64,000 nt of DNA from Thermodesulfobacteriota bacterium (GCA_965205855.1 OZ242184.1:288001-352000), one strand, 5' to 3'; positions 19,819 to 29,284 are shown, counted from the stretch's first letter. Made by a program: numbers and translations. The notes: generated by a model from the letters alone, not told the origin.

Positions 19819-20835
19819 ATGAGAAAATTCTATAAAACTAAACTAGGCGGCATCTATCATTCTGATTCTGTAAAATATATGGAAACATTGAATGATGGTG
19901 AGGTGAATTTAATTATGACATCTCCACCGTTTGGCCTAGTAAGAAAAAAAGACTATGGAAATGCCGATGCCCATGATTATTTAGATTGGTTTCGTCCATT
20001 TGCAGAGCAATTCAGTAGAATATTAAAAGAGGATGGCTCTCTAGTAATTGATATAGGTGGCGCATGGATAGCTGGGCAACCAACCAGATCACTATATCAT
20101 TACGAATTGATGATAATGCTGTGTCGTGAATATGGCTTCCATTTGGCGCAAGAGTTTTTTTGGTGGAATCCTTCAAAATTACCAACGCCTGCGGAATGGG
20201 TGAATATTCGCCGCATTCGAGTAAAAGATGCTATAAATTGCGTCTGGTGGCTGTCAAAAACTCCGTGGCCAAAGGCCAGTAATCGCAGAGTATTAGTTCC
20301 TTATAGCAAATCAATGAAGGGGCTATTGGAAAATGGTTATAAAGCGAAGTTGCGTCCAAGTGGGCATGATATTAGTGACAAATTCTCTACAGATAATGGC
20401 GCATCAATTCCACCTAATTTAATAGCAATTGCAAATACAGAGAGCAATTCTTCTTATCTTGTAAAGTGTAAAGAATCTGGAATAAAACCCCATCCAGCAA
20501 GATTCCCCGTCGGTCTCCCAGAATATTTCATAAGAATGCTGTCAGATAAAGGAGATTTTGTTCTTGACCCATTTGGCGGCTCTTGCGTAACAGGTGAAGC
20601 AGCAGAAAGGTTAGAACGTAAATGGGCATGTGTAGAATTAGAAAAAGAGTATATTGAAGGAGGAAAACTTCGTTTTCCAGTCAAGCAAATTGAAAGAAAA
20701 ATACCAACATATAGCTTGTCTCACCCTGGGGCTTTATGGAATGGTGTTGATAATGAAGAACCACTGCCAACAGATGGTGGCAAACAAAGACCTAAGAAAA
20801 AAATAAAACAGGGGCATGACAATGCCAGCAGTTAG
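19819..20835 (+). CDS. Cassette 3: beta-class DNA methyltransferase, probably N4-cytosine
   Basis: TSPPF motif IV, HPARFP, VLDPFGGS motif I; ATG 19819 after GAGG. Confidence 0.9.
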   Translation: MRKFYKTKLGGIYHSDSVKYMETLNDGEVNLIMTSPPFGLVRKKDYGNADAHDYLDWFRPFAEQFSRILKEDGSLVIDIGGAWIAGQPTRSLYHYELMIMLCREYGFHLAQEFFWWNPSKLPTPAEWVNIRRIRVKDAINCVWWLSKTPWPKASNRRVLVPYSKSMKGLLENGYKAKLRPSGHDISDKFSTDNGASIPPNLIAIANTESNSSYLVKCKESGIKPHPARFPVGLPEYFIRMLSDKGDFVLDPFGGSCVTGEAAERLERKWACVELEKEYIEGGKLRFPVKQIERKIPTYSLSHPGALWNGVDNEEPLPTDGGKQRPKKKIKQGHDNASS

Positions 20836-21828
20836 TCCAAGTCGCATAGTCAACGAAATCATAAATGCCATTCATCAGTCTGGTGGAGTAGCAGCGTATG
20901 TATCTGAATCTACAAGAACTCACCCGCGAAAATTCATAATAAGTTATATGGGAAACACATACAGCCTATGGGTATATGTATGGACACTTACTCACGGAGG
21001 TCGAGCTTCTCTTCCAGATGAATATAGAATACAAATGACCTCGGTAACATCACCACTGCCAAAAAATCCAAATGGGTTAACAGTTTTAATGGGTTATCAT
21101 CCTGATTTAAGAATGCTCGCTGGATTTGATTTAGAAAAACACAGCACCTTTGCAACAGGGTCACCGTCAGTACAAATTAACATATCTGCAATTCATGCTG
21201 CTTTACAAAATGGCTTATCATTCTTCACAAAAGAAAATGATGAAATAGCTATTGGTGTGAGGGCAGATCAATTTCTAAGTTATTCTCTAAATGCTGCTTC
21301 ACTCCATTTGTACGGTGCGGAAAGCCAATTGACAGATATGCTTACAAAAGCAGTAGAATTACAAGAAATACCTGAGCAAGATATTTCGAGTCTTGCCGCA
21401 GACCGTAAACAAATTGTGGAAAATGTAAGTAGGTATTCCCGTGATGCTAATTTTAGAAAATTAGTAATGGGGCTTATGATAATCGGTGTGCGGTAACACG
21501 AACACAGTTACGTTTGGTGGATGCCGCACATATCTTACCTGTGCCATCAGGTGATAGTAGTGATCATGTAACAAACGGAATGGCTTTATCACCCACATTT
21601 CATCGAGCATATGATAACTGTCTTATTTACTTAGATGAAAATTTTGTGATGAAACTTAACGAACAAAAAGCCGAAGAATTAAGAGCAAATAATTTAGATG
21701 GTGGACTTCAGCAGTTCTGTTCATTTCTTGATAAGAAAATACATCTTCCAATTGACGTTAATCAACGGCCAAGAATTGAATATATTAAAATGGCAAATGA
21801 GCATCGTAGAATACCAGGGTATGTATAA
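20816..21828 (+). pseudogene. Cassette 3: HNH restriction endonuclease, frameshifted
   Basis: One added base in GGGG (21469-21472) gives RDANFRKLVMGAYDNRCAVT...DAAHILP...NGMALSPTFHRAYD, joining ORFs 20816 and 21514. Confidence 0.85.
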
Positions 21829-21834
21829 TAAAAC

Positions 21835-21892
21835 GGCTAACAAAAAAATCCAGCGGACGCAAGAAGCCGCGCCGCTGATTTAGACGTTAGCT
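21835..21892 (+). other. attC3
   Basis: ACGGCTAAC complements the cassette start GTTAGCCGT; ATCCAGCGG...CCGCTGAT arms; ends GTTAGCT. Confidence 0.93.
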
Positions 21893-21912
21893 GAAAAAAA
21901 CAAGGAGCACCT

Positions 21913-23133
21913 ATGAGTGAATGGTGGTACACAGAAAAGAGCAAAAAGATTGGGCAAATCCAACAAGAAGAGCTTTCAAAGCTATTTCAAAATGGAAAAA
22001 TCACTCCGAATACTATGGTGTGGCAGGAAGGAATGCCGGAATGGAAGCCTCTCGGCAATGTAGAAGCGCTTGAGTCTCTAAAGGCAACTCTTCCGCCGCC
22101 ACTCCCCCCGAAGTCTGAACCTGATGTGCTGAGTTTTCCGTTGGCTAATAGATGGCCACGGTTCTTTGCTCGAATATTTGATGTGTGGTGGTAGGTTTTG
22201 GCTGTTTCCCTCGTCGCAGGTTATACGCTCGGTACTTACTCTGCAGGATTTGTTGAATGGATTAATGGTCCTGGGGCAAGTCAACTATTTGGAATTGCGT
22301 GTTTACCTGTGGCGTTAATGCTCGATGCTTTGATCTACAAGGCCGCAGGTAATACGCCTGGAAAAGCAATACTTGGCCTAAAGGTTACAACTCTAAATGG
22401 ACAACCATTAAGCCTCGGGCAATATCTTGGCCGCAATTTGTCTTTATGGGTGAGTGGTCTTGCATTTGGCCTTCCGCTGATAAATCTTTTTACTCTTGCA
22501 AATCAATCAAGCCGCCTTGGTAAAGGAAAACAAGCAAGCTACGATGAGCCAACAGGATATAGGGTTCATGCGAAGCCATCAGGATGGATCAGAATAACTA
22601 TTTTTTCCTTAGCGTTCATTTCTCTATTTTTCGTTATGGCTGTTCTCAACAGCATGGAGCAAGCTGCTCAACGGGATGCGATACTAAATTACAGCCAGAA
22701 TGATTATTCATGGGAAAACCCTGCCACGAAAATAAGTGCCGAAATAGAATCAAACTGGAAACACTCCGCCAGTAAGAATGAAGATCAGCAAGAAATATAT
22801 ATGTTCAATGAGATTGCTGACAGGGCAGTAGTTGTTTTTGCTGGGGAATACGCGCCCGGGTTTACTCTGCAGGAGTATGTTTCTGCCTTTCGAAAAAGCA
22901 CAGCCTCAAATATGAGATTCTCTGACGGCGGTCGCTTCTTCCAAAAACAGGGGGTTAATGCATGGAGTGGTTCGGGCAGTATGGTTGATAGCGGGACGAA
23001 CCGACTAACCGTAGAGATACGCCAACACGGTTCAGAATTTTGGCGAGTAGTCACAATTCAGGTAATGCCTTATGCCTATTCTGATGATCTGGTACAGACA
23101 CTTAATTCTGCACTTTGGAGTACGGTTAAGTAA
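21913..23133 (+). pseudogene. Cassette 4: GYF_2 (DUF4339) plus RDD membrane protein with an internal TAG
   Basis: TMVWQEGMPEWKP, proline linker, RWPRFFARIFD, TPGKAILGLKV; ORFs 21913 and 22198 are in frame, split by TAG 22192-22194. Confidence 0.85.
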
Positions 23134-23137
23134 ATTC

Positions 23138-23215
23138 AGCTAACAATCGCATGCACTCGGACAGCAAAAAGCGCCGCTCGTTCCTCGCTCCGCCCCCCTT
23201 ATGTTGGCGTTAGGC
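23138..23215 (+). other. attC4, chimeric with non-complementary arms
   Basis: TTCAGCTAAC complements GTTAGCTGAA and the site ends GTTAGGC, but left and right arms do not pair. Confidence 0.75.
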
Positions 23216-23232
23216 AATAAATAGGAAATCAA

Positions 23233-23565
23233 GTGGAAATAATTAAAACCTTTGGTTTGTTTTTAGTTACGGCATTAGCAGAAATTATTGGCTGTTATCT
23301 TCCTTATCTGTGGTTAAAGCAAGGGCATTCCATCTGGTTGTTGGTTCCTGCAGCAATTAGTCTCGCAGCATTTGCTTGGCTGCTAACTTTGCATCCCCAA
23401 GCCGCCGGTCGTGTTTACGCCGCATATGGTGGAGTCTATGTAAGCGTTGCATTGCTTTGGTTGTGGGCCGTCGATTCAGTTCGCCCAACGGTAACTGATT
23501 GGGTTGGTGTAGGAGTTGTTCTTATCGGTATGTTCATCATTATGTTTGGGCATCGTTATGCCTAA
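23233..23565 (+). CDS. ynfA: Cassette 5: YnfA/UPF0060 SMR-like membrane protein
   Basis: [30 protein letters not shown]; four hydrophobic helices. Confidence 0.9.
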   Translation: MEIIKTFGLFLVTALAEIIGCYLPYLWLKQGHSIWLLVPAAISLAAFAWLLTLHPQAAGRVYAAYGGVYVSVALLWLWAVDSVRPTVTDWVGVGVVLIGMFIIMFGHRYA

Positions 23566-23631
23566 CAAGTCGCTCGTTCGGATGCAAACTACGCTGCGCT
23601 TCGTTTGCACCGCACAGCTTTAACGTTAGGC
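23560..23631 (+). other. attC5
   Basis: GCCTAAC overlapping the stop codon; TGCAAAC...GTTTGCA stem; GTTAGGC. Confidence 0.92.
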
Positions 23632-23667
23632 TGCACACACGAGGTTTTCGCTTAACAGGAGGAGACA

Positions 23668-24045
23668 ATGAAAGCGATCGCTGTACTCGCGATTATGGCT
23701 ACGGGAATTTTGATCGGCAGCGTGCCCTCAACGGCTAACGCAGCGACAGGGTTTCTAAAGGGTGAACGCGACGAGGGATTGTCAAAAATTTGCTTCTACG
23801 ACGTCCTGGGAGAAACTCACACGCTGAATGTTTCATCTGTTAGCCTTTGTCCGCTTAGCTACAATTTCGACATCACGCCGGATGTCCCAGCACAGCGTCA
23901 GTATGAATCTGGTGGCAAGACAGGTTTCTTATCGGGTGAGCGCGAACAAGGCCTTAGTAAGATTTGCTATTACGATGTGCTTGGCGAGACTTACGCGCTC
24001 ACAATCAGCTCTGTAATGCTATGCCCTCTTACTCACCGTTTTTAG
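23668..24045 (+). CDS. Cassette 6: secreted protein with two tandem Cys-containing ~40-aa repeats
   Basis: AGGAGG RBS, signal peptide, two copies of TGFLxGERxxGLSKICxYDVLGETxxLxxSSVxLCPL. Confidence 0.8.
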   Translation: MKAIAVLAIMATGILIGSVPSTANAATGFLKGERDEGLSKICFYDVLGETHTLNVSSVSLCPLSYNFDITPDVPAQRQYESGGKTGFLSGEREQGLSKICYYDVLGETYALTISSVMLCPLTHRF

Positions 24046-24052
24046 GTGTGAA

Positions 24053-24136
24053 GCCTAACAAATCATTCAAGCTGGCAGCCTGGCGGCTGCCCATCGACGC
24101 CTGCTGCGCAGGCGCCGCTTAATTCAGACGTTAGAT
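24053..24136 (+). other. attC6 with an extra internal hairpin
   Basis: GCCTAAC-AAATCATTCAAGC...GCTTAATTCAGAC-GTTAGAT. Confidence 0.88.
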
Positions 24137-24151
24137 GCAAAAGGAGAAATC

Positions 24152-24455
24152 ATGAAAAAGATCATTCTTGTTGGAGTTTTATCGACTTTATGCAGCTTTG
24201 CTTTCGCAGATGAAGGTATAGTTGTAAAAGAAGATGTGTGGTAGCGGTAATTCGATAATAGAAACGACAGATGGTTGGTATATTGCTGCCGAGCATTATT
24301 CTGGTGTTTATCTTTATGAAGGAGATGTAGTTTACGGTAAAATGAAAACATATGGGTTCCAAACTTTAACGAGAGAAGATGGTGAAGAAGGGAAATTTTA
24401 CATAGAAGACTATGAAAGCGATATTAGCGATGCATTTGAAGAGTTATGCGATTAA
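24152..24455 (+). pseudogene. Cassette 7 gene 1: small secreted acidic protein, frameshifted
   Basis: AAGGAG RBS, signal peptide MKKIILVG...FAFADEG; frameshift in the TG run at ~24235-24240 joins to CGSGNSIIET...EELCD. Confidence 0.7.
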
Positions 24456-24483
24456 TCCAATTTTTAATCAAGGAGTAAACGAA

Positions 24484-24756
24484 ATGACAAAAAAGACAAA
24501 ATACAACAAATCATCAATTGAACAATTACCCAATGACAAACCTGTTTTATATAGGATTGAAACCGAAAGCGGAAATCTTAATTATGCAGGCATTGCCCAA
24601 AGAGGCAGAGTTCAAGATAGAATAAAAGAACATCTCGGTGAGATACCTGGTTCATCTGTATCTATTGAGCAGTTTAAAAGTGTCAGTGATGCCCGAGAAA
24701 AAGAAAAGAACGTGATAAAACGGAATAAACCCAAATACAACACGCAAGACAAATAA
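24484..24756 (+). CDS. Cassette 7 gene 2: minimal GIY-YIG-superfamily protein
   Basis: LPNDKPVLYRI...NYAGIA..R..DRIKEH...AREKEKNVIKRNKPKYN follows the UvrC N-terminal pattern; AAGGAG RBS. Confidence 0.7.
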   Translation: MTKKTKYNKSSIEQLPNDKPVLYRIETESGNLNYAGIAQRGRVQDRIKEHLGEIPGSSVSIEQFKSVSDAREKEKNVIKRNKPKYNTQDK

Positions 24757-24762
24757 TGACGC

Positions 24763-24818
24763 ATCTAACAAAACACTCCAGCGGACGGCTACGCCGCCGC
24801 TGAGTTTAATCGTTATAC
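24763..24818 (+). other. attC7
   Basis: GCATCTAAC complements GTTAGATGC; CTCCAGCGG...CCGCTGAG arms; GTTATAC. Confidence 0.93.
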
Positions 24819-24837
24819 CTAAAAGGGAGAGTAAGAA

Positions 24838-26385
24838 ATGAAACCAATAGTAGCAAATAACAAACCTGCAAAAGTAACGCTTACAAAAGGCGAAGAGTAT
24901 TACTTTTGCGCCTGCGGACAGTCGAGTAATCAACCATTTTGTGACGGCTCACATGCAGGGACGAGCTTTAAACCAAAAGCATTTGTCGCTGAAGAAAGCG
25001 GCGATTCGTATTTATGTCAGTGTAAGCATTCTGCGAATTTACCTTTTTGCGATGGCAGTCATAAGCAGTTTGATGATGCTGCGATTGGAAAAGAAGGCCC
25101 TGGGATTCAAGTCAAATCGGATAATATTCCTGTTGCACGCGCGACAAGTGATGAACCCACAGTTGAATTTATTCACCAATTAGCGAGAGAAGGTTTATCC
25201 AAGATGGGGCATCACGGCCCTATGGTGTCAATGGGTGTGCCACGTCATCTATTGCCGCATTGGGATGATATTCAGGTAATGGTGGCACAAATGGCGACTA
25301 AGCCATTGTTTGAAGATGTATCCGTGAAAACTGAGCTGGTGATAGGTCCAAAAGCCAAAAAACCACTGAAATTAAACATTCCACTGTTTGTTTCCGATAT
25401 GAGTTTTGGTGCGTTATCTGAAGAAGCTAAACTCGCCCTGGCTAAAGGTGCGGAATTAGCCGGTACTGGTATTTGCTCCGGTGAGGGTGGCATGCTGCCA
25501 GAAGAGCAGCAGGCTAATTCTCGCTACTTTTATGAACTGGCGAGCGCGCAATTTGGCTATGATGAGTCGAAGTTAAAAAATGTGCAGGCCTTTCACTTTA
25601 AGGGAGGTCAAGGTGCAAAAACAGGAACAGGTGGACACCTTCCAGGTAATAAAAATACGGGCAAAATTTCCAAAGTTCGTGGCATTCCAGAGGGCGAACC
25701 CGCAATATCTCCTCCAACATTTAAAGACTTGCATACTGCTGTAGACTTTAGAAGATTTGCCGACCACGTTCGCGAAGTGACTGGCGGTATTCCCATTGGT
25801 TTTAAGCTGAGTGCCAACCATATTGAAAAAGATATCCAGTTTGCTTTAGATGCCAGTGCTGACTACATCATTTTAGATGGTCGTGGTGGGGGTACGGGAG
25901 CTGCGCCTGAAATATTTCGTAATCATATCAGTGTGCCAACGATACCGGCACTGGCACGTGCAAGGCGCTATCTTGACGAGCAAGGCGTTGGTAATGACGT
26001 AACCCTTATTATTACGGGTGGCTTGCGTGTGCCGATGGATTTTGTAAAAGCAATGGCATTGGGTGCAAATGGTGTGGCTGTATCAAATAGTGCCATGCAG
26101 TCCATCGGTTGTGTGGCTGCACGTATGTGTAACACGAATAATTGCCCAGCGGGTATCGCCACGCAAAAAGCAGATTTGCGCCAACGACTAAATGTGGATA
26201 AATCAGCGGAGCAATTGAACAATTTCTTTGAAGCATCTGCTGAACTTATGCAAGTCATGGCAAGGGCCTGTGGTCATGACTCCTTGAGTGGATTCAATAA
26301 AGAAGACCTGGCAACGTGGAATCGTGAGATGGCTTTACTGTCCGGCATTAAATATTCAGGGTTTACAAACCTGGAAAGGGTATAA
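24838..26385 (+). CDS. Cassette 8: two CDGSH Fe-S domains plus a glutamate-synthase-like FMN-binding domain
   Basis: CACGQSSNQPFCDGSH, CQCKHSANLPFCDGSH, SDMSFGALS, GQGAKTGTGGHLPG, DGRGGGTGAAP, CVAARMCNTNNCPAG. Confidence 0.9.
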   Translation: MKPIVANNKPAKVTLTKGEEYYFCACGQSSNQPFCDGSHAGTSFKPKAFVAEESGDSYLCQCKHSANLPFCDGSHKQFDDAAIGKEGPGIQVKSDNIPVARATSDEPTVEFIHQLAREGLSKMGHHGPMVSMGVPRHLLPHWDDIQVMVAQMATKPLFEDVSVKTELVIGPKAKKPLKLNIPLFVSDMSFGALSEEAKLALAKGAELAGTGICSGEGGMLPEEQQANSRYFYELASAQFGYDESKLKNVQAFHFKGGQGAKTGTGGHLPGNKNTGKISKVRGIPEGEPAISPPTFKDLHTAVDFRRFADHVREVTGGIPIGFKLSANHIEKDIQFALDASADYIILDGRGGGTGAAPEIFRNHISVPTIPALARARRYLDEQGVGNDVTLIITGGLRVPMDFVKAMALGANGVAVSNSAMQSIGCVAARMCNTNNCPAGIATQKADLRQRLNVDKSAEQLNNFFEASAELMQVMARACGHDSLSGFNKEDLATWNREMALLSGIKYSGFTNLERV

Positions 26386-26451
26386 CAAGACGCTCGTTCT
26401 GACGCAAACTACACTGCGCTTCGTTTGCGCCGCACAGCTTAATCGTTAGAC
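26380..26451 (+). other. attC8
   Basis: GGTATAAC complements GTTATACC; near-copy of attC5; GTTAGAC. Confidence 0.92.
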
Positions 26452-26470
26452 AACAGATAAGGAATACATT

Positions 26471-27415
26471 ATGGAAGCATATCTATTGAATGAAGCAGGG
26501 GATGTTGAGAACCTGGTTCTGAGCGAAGTCAAGAAGCCCGAGATCAAGGCAGACGAAGTGCTGGTTGAAACGAAAGCAATCAGCATTAACCCGGTGGATG
26601 TAAAAGCGAGATCGGCGGATGAAGTCCTCACTATGATTCTGGGCACGGAAGATCGTCCGGTCATACTTGGCTGGGATATTGCCGGAACCGTTGTAGCGGT
26701 CGGCGAAGAGGTTAACGAGCTTGAAGTCGGCAACAAGGTATTCGGTATGGTCAATTTTCCGGGTCAAGGTAAAGCCTATGCCGAGTATGTCGCATCACCG
26801 ACTAGTCATCTCGCTATAATGCCAGAAAAGGCAACGTTTGAAGAAGCTGCGGCAACCACATTGGCTGCATTGACCGCTCTGCAGGCACTTCAGCCGCGTG
26901 TCAATAAGGGTGACCGCATGCTAATTCATGCCGGTTCAGGCGGTGTGGGGCATTTCGCGATCCAGATTGCCAAGAAACTCGGCGCGTATGTGATTTCCAC
27001 CTCATCCGCCAAGAACCGCGATTTTATCATGTCACTCGGCGCAGATGAGCACATTGACTACCGTGAGCAGAAGTTCGAAGAGGTTCTGTCGGATATCGAC
27101 TTCGTTCTCGATGGTATGGGTGGAGAGGTCCTTGAAAACTCCCTGAAAGTCGTCAAAGACGGCGGCATAATCGTCTCTTTGCCCACCCACCAATTCCCGG
27201 AAGATTTGCAGTCCAAGGCGGATCAGTGTAACGTCGCGCTGGAGTTCGTTCTTGTCCAGTCGAGCGGCGAAGACATGAATACCCTGAAAGGTATGATCGA
27301 AGCCGACGAACTGAAGCCCCAGGTTTCGAAAATCTTCCCGTTTGAGAAAATGGCAGATGCCCACATCCAGATCGAATCCGGCCGAACCGTGGGCAAGATA
27401 GTTGTTACTCTATAA
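26471..27415 (+). CDS. Cassette 9: NADP-dependent MDR-family oxidoreductase (quinone reductase-like)
   Basis: SINPVD, ILGWDIAG, HAGSGGVGHFAIQIAK, GRTVGKIVV. Confidence 0.92.
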   Translation: MEAYLLNEAGDVENLVLSEVKKPEIKADEVLVETKAISINPVDVKARSADEVLTMILGTEDRPVILGWDIAGTVVAVGEEVNELEVGNKVFGMVNFPGQGKAYAEYVASPTSHLAIMPEKATFEEAAATTLAALTALQALQPRVNKGDRMLIHAGSGGVGHFAIQIAKKLGAYVISTSSAKNRDFIMSLGADEHIDYREQKFEEVLSDIDFVLDGMGGEVLENSLKVVKDGGIIVSLPTHQFPEDLQSKADQCNVALEFVLVQSSGEDMNTLKGMIEADELKPQVSKIFPFEKMADAHIQIESGRTVGKIVVTL

Positions 27416-27436
27416 GAGGACTTAACTCAATATGAT

Positions 27437-27508
27437 GCCTAACAAGGCGTTGTAGTCGGACTGTTTTTCCGCTACGCTCCAAACCAGCCGCAAAGCGCGG
27501 CGTTCTGT
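27437..27508 (+). other. attC9
   Basis: GCCTAAC...GCGTTGTAGTCGGACTG...CAGCCGCAAAGCGC...GTTCTGT. Confidence 0.85.
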
Positions 27509-27567
27509 AAAAAGTTAAAAATGGAAATCAAAAAAGTGTAATAGTCACCATTTGATTAAAATCACCT

Positions 27568-28152
27568 ATGACGATCAAAGAATTCCAGTGCATAATGCCT
27601 ATCGAGAACATACCCTCGGTTATAAAGCATGGAATCCTTTGTCATATTTTGGCAGGAGCCCTGCCACACAAAAGCATCGCAATGGAAAGTGCTCAGGAAA
27701 AAAGAGCTGGAATTCTACTTCCGGATAAGCGACCTTTGCATGAGTTTGCTAATGTTTATTTCCATGCGAGAAATCCAATGATGTATTTGAGAAGATCACT
27801 CGCTGGAAGCCTATGTGTTTTACAAGTATCACCAAAAATCCTGATGATTGAAGGCTGTTGGGTGAGTGACGGCAATGCTGCAAGTCGTAAATATGTAAAG
27901 TTCTACAGACCCTCAGAAATGGATTCTAAATTGAACTTTGATATGATCTTTGCAAAAAGATGGGTTGATCATAACACTCCGTTCGGATCGGAAAGAAAAC
28001 GTGCCAAATGCGCGGAAGTTCTTGTTCCAGATGAGATTACCCCAGATCACATAACTGGAGCTTATGTCGTCGATCTGATTAGACAGCAGATGTTGGCTGA
28101 TAATGGCTTCAATAAGCCAATAACGATTGACCCAGATTTGTTTTTCCGGTAG
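27568..28152 (+). CDS. darT: Cassette 10: DarT (DUF4433) ssDNA ADP-ribosyltransferase toxin
   Basis: IENIPSVIKHGIL, YFHARNPMMY, SDGNAAS, KCAEVLV with catalytic Glu. Confidence 0.85.
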   Translation: MTIKEFQCIMPIENIPSVIKHGILCHILAGALPHKSIAMESAQEKRAGILLPDKRPLHEFANVYFHARNPMMYLRRSLAGSLCVLQVSPKILMIEGCWVSDGNAASRKYVKFYRPSEMDSKLNFDMIFAKRWVDHNTPFGSERKRAKCAEVLVPDEITPDHITGAYVVDLIRQQMLADNGFNKPITIDPDLFFR

Positions 28153-28184
28153 ACACCACTGTCGACTGTGAAAGGGTTTATTTA

Positions 28185-28874
28185 ATGGCATGCCAAATAA
28201 TCAAAGGTAATATATTTTGCACGAGAGCACAAACGATCGTCAATACAGTCAATTGCGTAGGAGTTATGGGGGCTGGCATAGCTCTTGAGTGTCGATTGCG
28301 ATACCCGAAAATGTTCATTCGGTATCAGGAATTTTGTAATACCGGACAAATTGATATTGGGAAGATATGGCTTTATAAGGGCGATGATCGTTGGATTCTT
28401 AATTTTCCTACCAAGAAGCATTGGAAGTATCCTTCAAAAGAGGAATATCTGATCAAAGGTTTGGAGAAGTTCACAAATCATTACTCTCGATTAGGAATTC
28501 AATCAATTGCCTTTCCACTTCTAGGCGCAAGTCACGGGGAGTTATCATCCGAGACAAGCCTTAAAATCATGCGTTCATGCTTGGACAGCCTTGAAATCGA
28601 TATAGAAATCTACGAGTATGATCCATTGGCCGCTGATGATCTATTCGACCAAGTGAAAGAGAGAATATTAGAGTCTACCCCCGAGGAATTGGCCAACATC
28701 CTAAATATACGGAGGGATATATGTGAAAAAGTTCTTACGGTTTTTGCGTCTCCAGACGTTCTTCAGCTTAATCAGATCGGTCGAGTCAAAGGTATAGGCA
28801 TTAAAACACTTGAGAAGGTTTTTCAGTGGGCGACGAAGCCTAATAATGGAGACCAAACAACATTACCACTATGA
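28185..28874 (+). CDS. darG: Cassette 10: DarG-like macrodomain antitoxin with C-terminal HhH motif
   Basis: GNIF, NTVNCVGVMGAGIA, ILNFPTKKHW, SIAFPLLG; VKGIGIKTLEK. Confidence 0.85.
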   Translation: MACQIIKGNIFCTRAQTIVNTVNCVGVMGAGIALECRLRYPKMFIRYQEFCNTGQIDIGKIWLYKGDDRWILNFPTKKHWKYPSKEEYLIKGLEKFTNHYSRLGIQSIAFPLLGASHGELSSETSLKIMRSCLDSLEIDIEIYEYDPLAADDLFDQVKERILESTPEELANILNIRRDICEKVLTVFASPDVLQLNQIGRVKGIGIKTLEKVFQWATKPNNGDQTTLPL

Positions 28875-28941
28875 CAGAACAAGACGATGGAGGACAACGA
28901 TTTTGGCTGCGCCAAAATCGTGCCTCATCTTTACGTTAGAA
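28874..28941 (+). other. attC10 with a non-canonical core
   Basis: ACAGAAC complements the cassette start GTTCTGT; stem CGATTTTGGC-TGC-GCCAAAATCG; GTTAGAA. Confidence 0.88.
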
Positions 28942-28953
28942 CTCATAAGAATA

Positions 28954-29283
28954 ATGATGAAGAAACTACATATTGCAATTTCTACAAATAAGATAAACGA
29001 GACAATAAACGATTACACTATTCGCCTAGGTGTCGAACCGTGTCTATTTGTTCCGAACGAATACGCATTATGGAGAACGGACTCGCTGAATGTATCGATT
29101 CGCCAAGATTCTTCTTGTACTCCTGGAGACCTTCGACATTTAGGTTGGGAAGATGATTCCGCTGAAGAGTTTAGCCAAGATACTGATGTAAACGGAATTA
29201 TTTGGGAACATTTTAATGCTCAACAACAAGCTGACGGAATTAACGAATTATGGTCAGAAATAAATTATCAGTCAGCAGATTGA
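28954..29283 (+). CDS. Cassette 11: VOC/glyoxalase-like protein
   Basis: KKLHIAIST...DYTIRLG...LRHLGWE...DVNGIIWE pattern. Confidence 0.65.
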   Translation: MMKKLHIAISTNKINETINDYTIRLGVEPCLFVPNEYALWRTDSLNVSIRQDSSCTPGDLRHLGWEDDSAEEFSQDTDVNGIIWEHFNAQQQADGINELWSEINYQSAD

Positions 29284-29284
29284 G

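Noticed and set aside
21469-21472. Phase-variable poly-G tract in the HNH gene
   Set aside because: Four G residues are too few for typical phase variation; kept only as a frameshift.
22192-22194. In-frame TAG (also 32197) as stop-codon recoding or pyrrolysine
   Set aside because: TAG terminates several intact genes in the window (e.g. gltB, pilB, pilC); point nonsense mutations in decaying cassettes are simpler.
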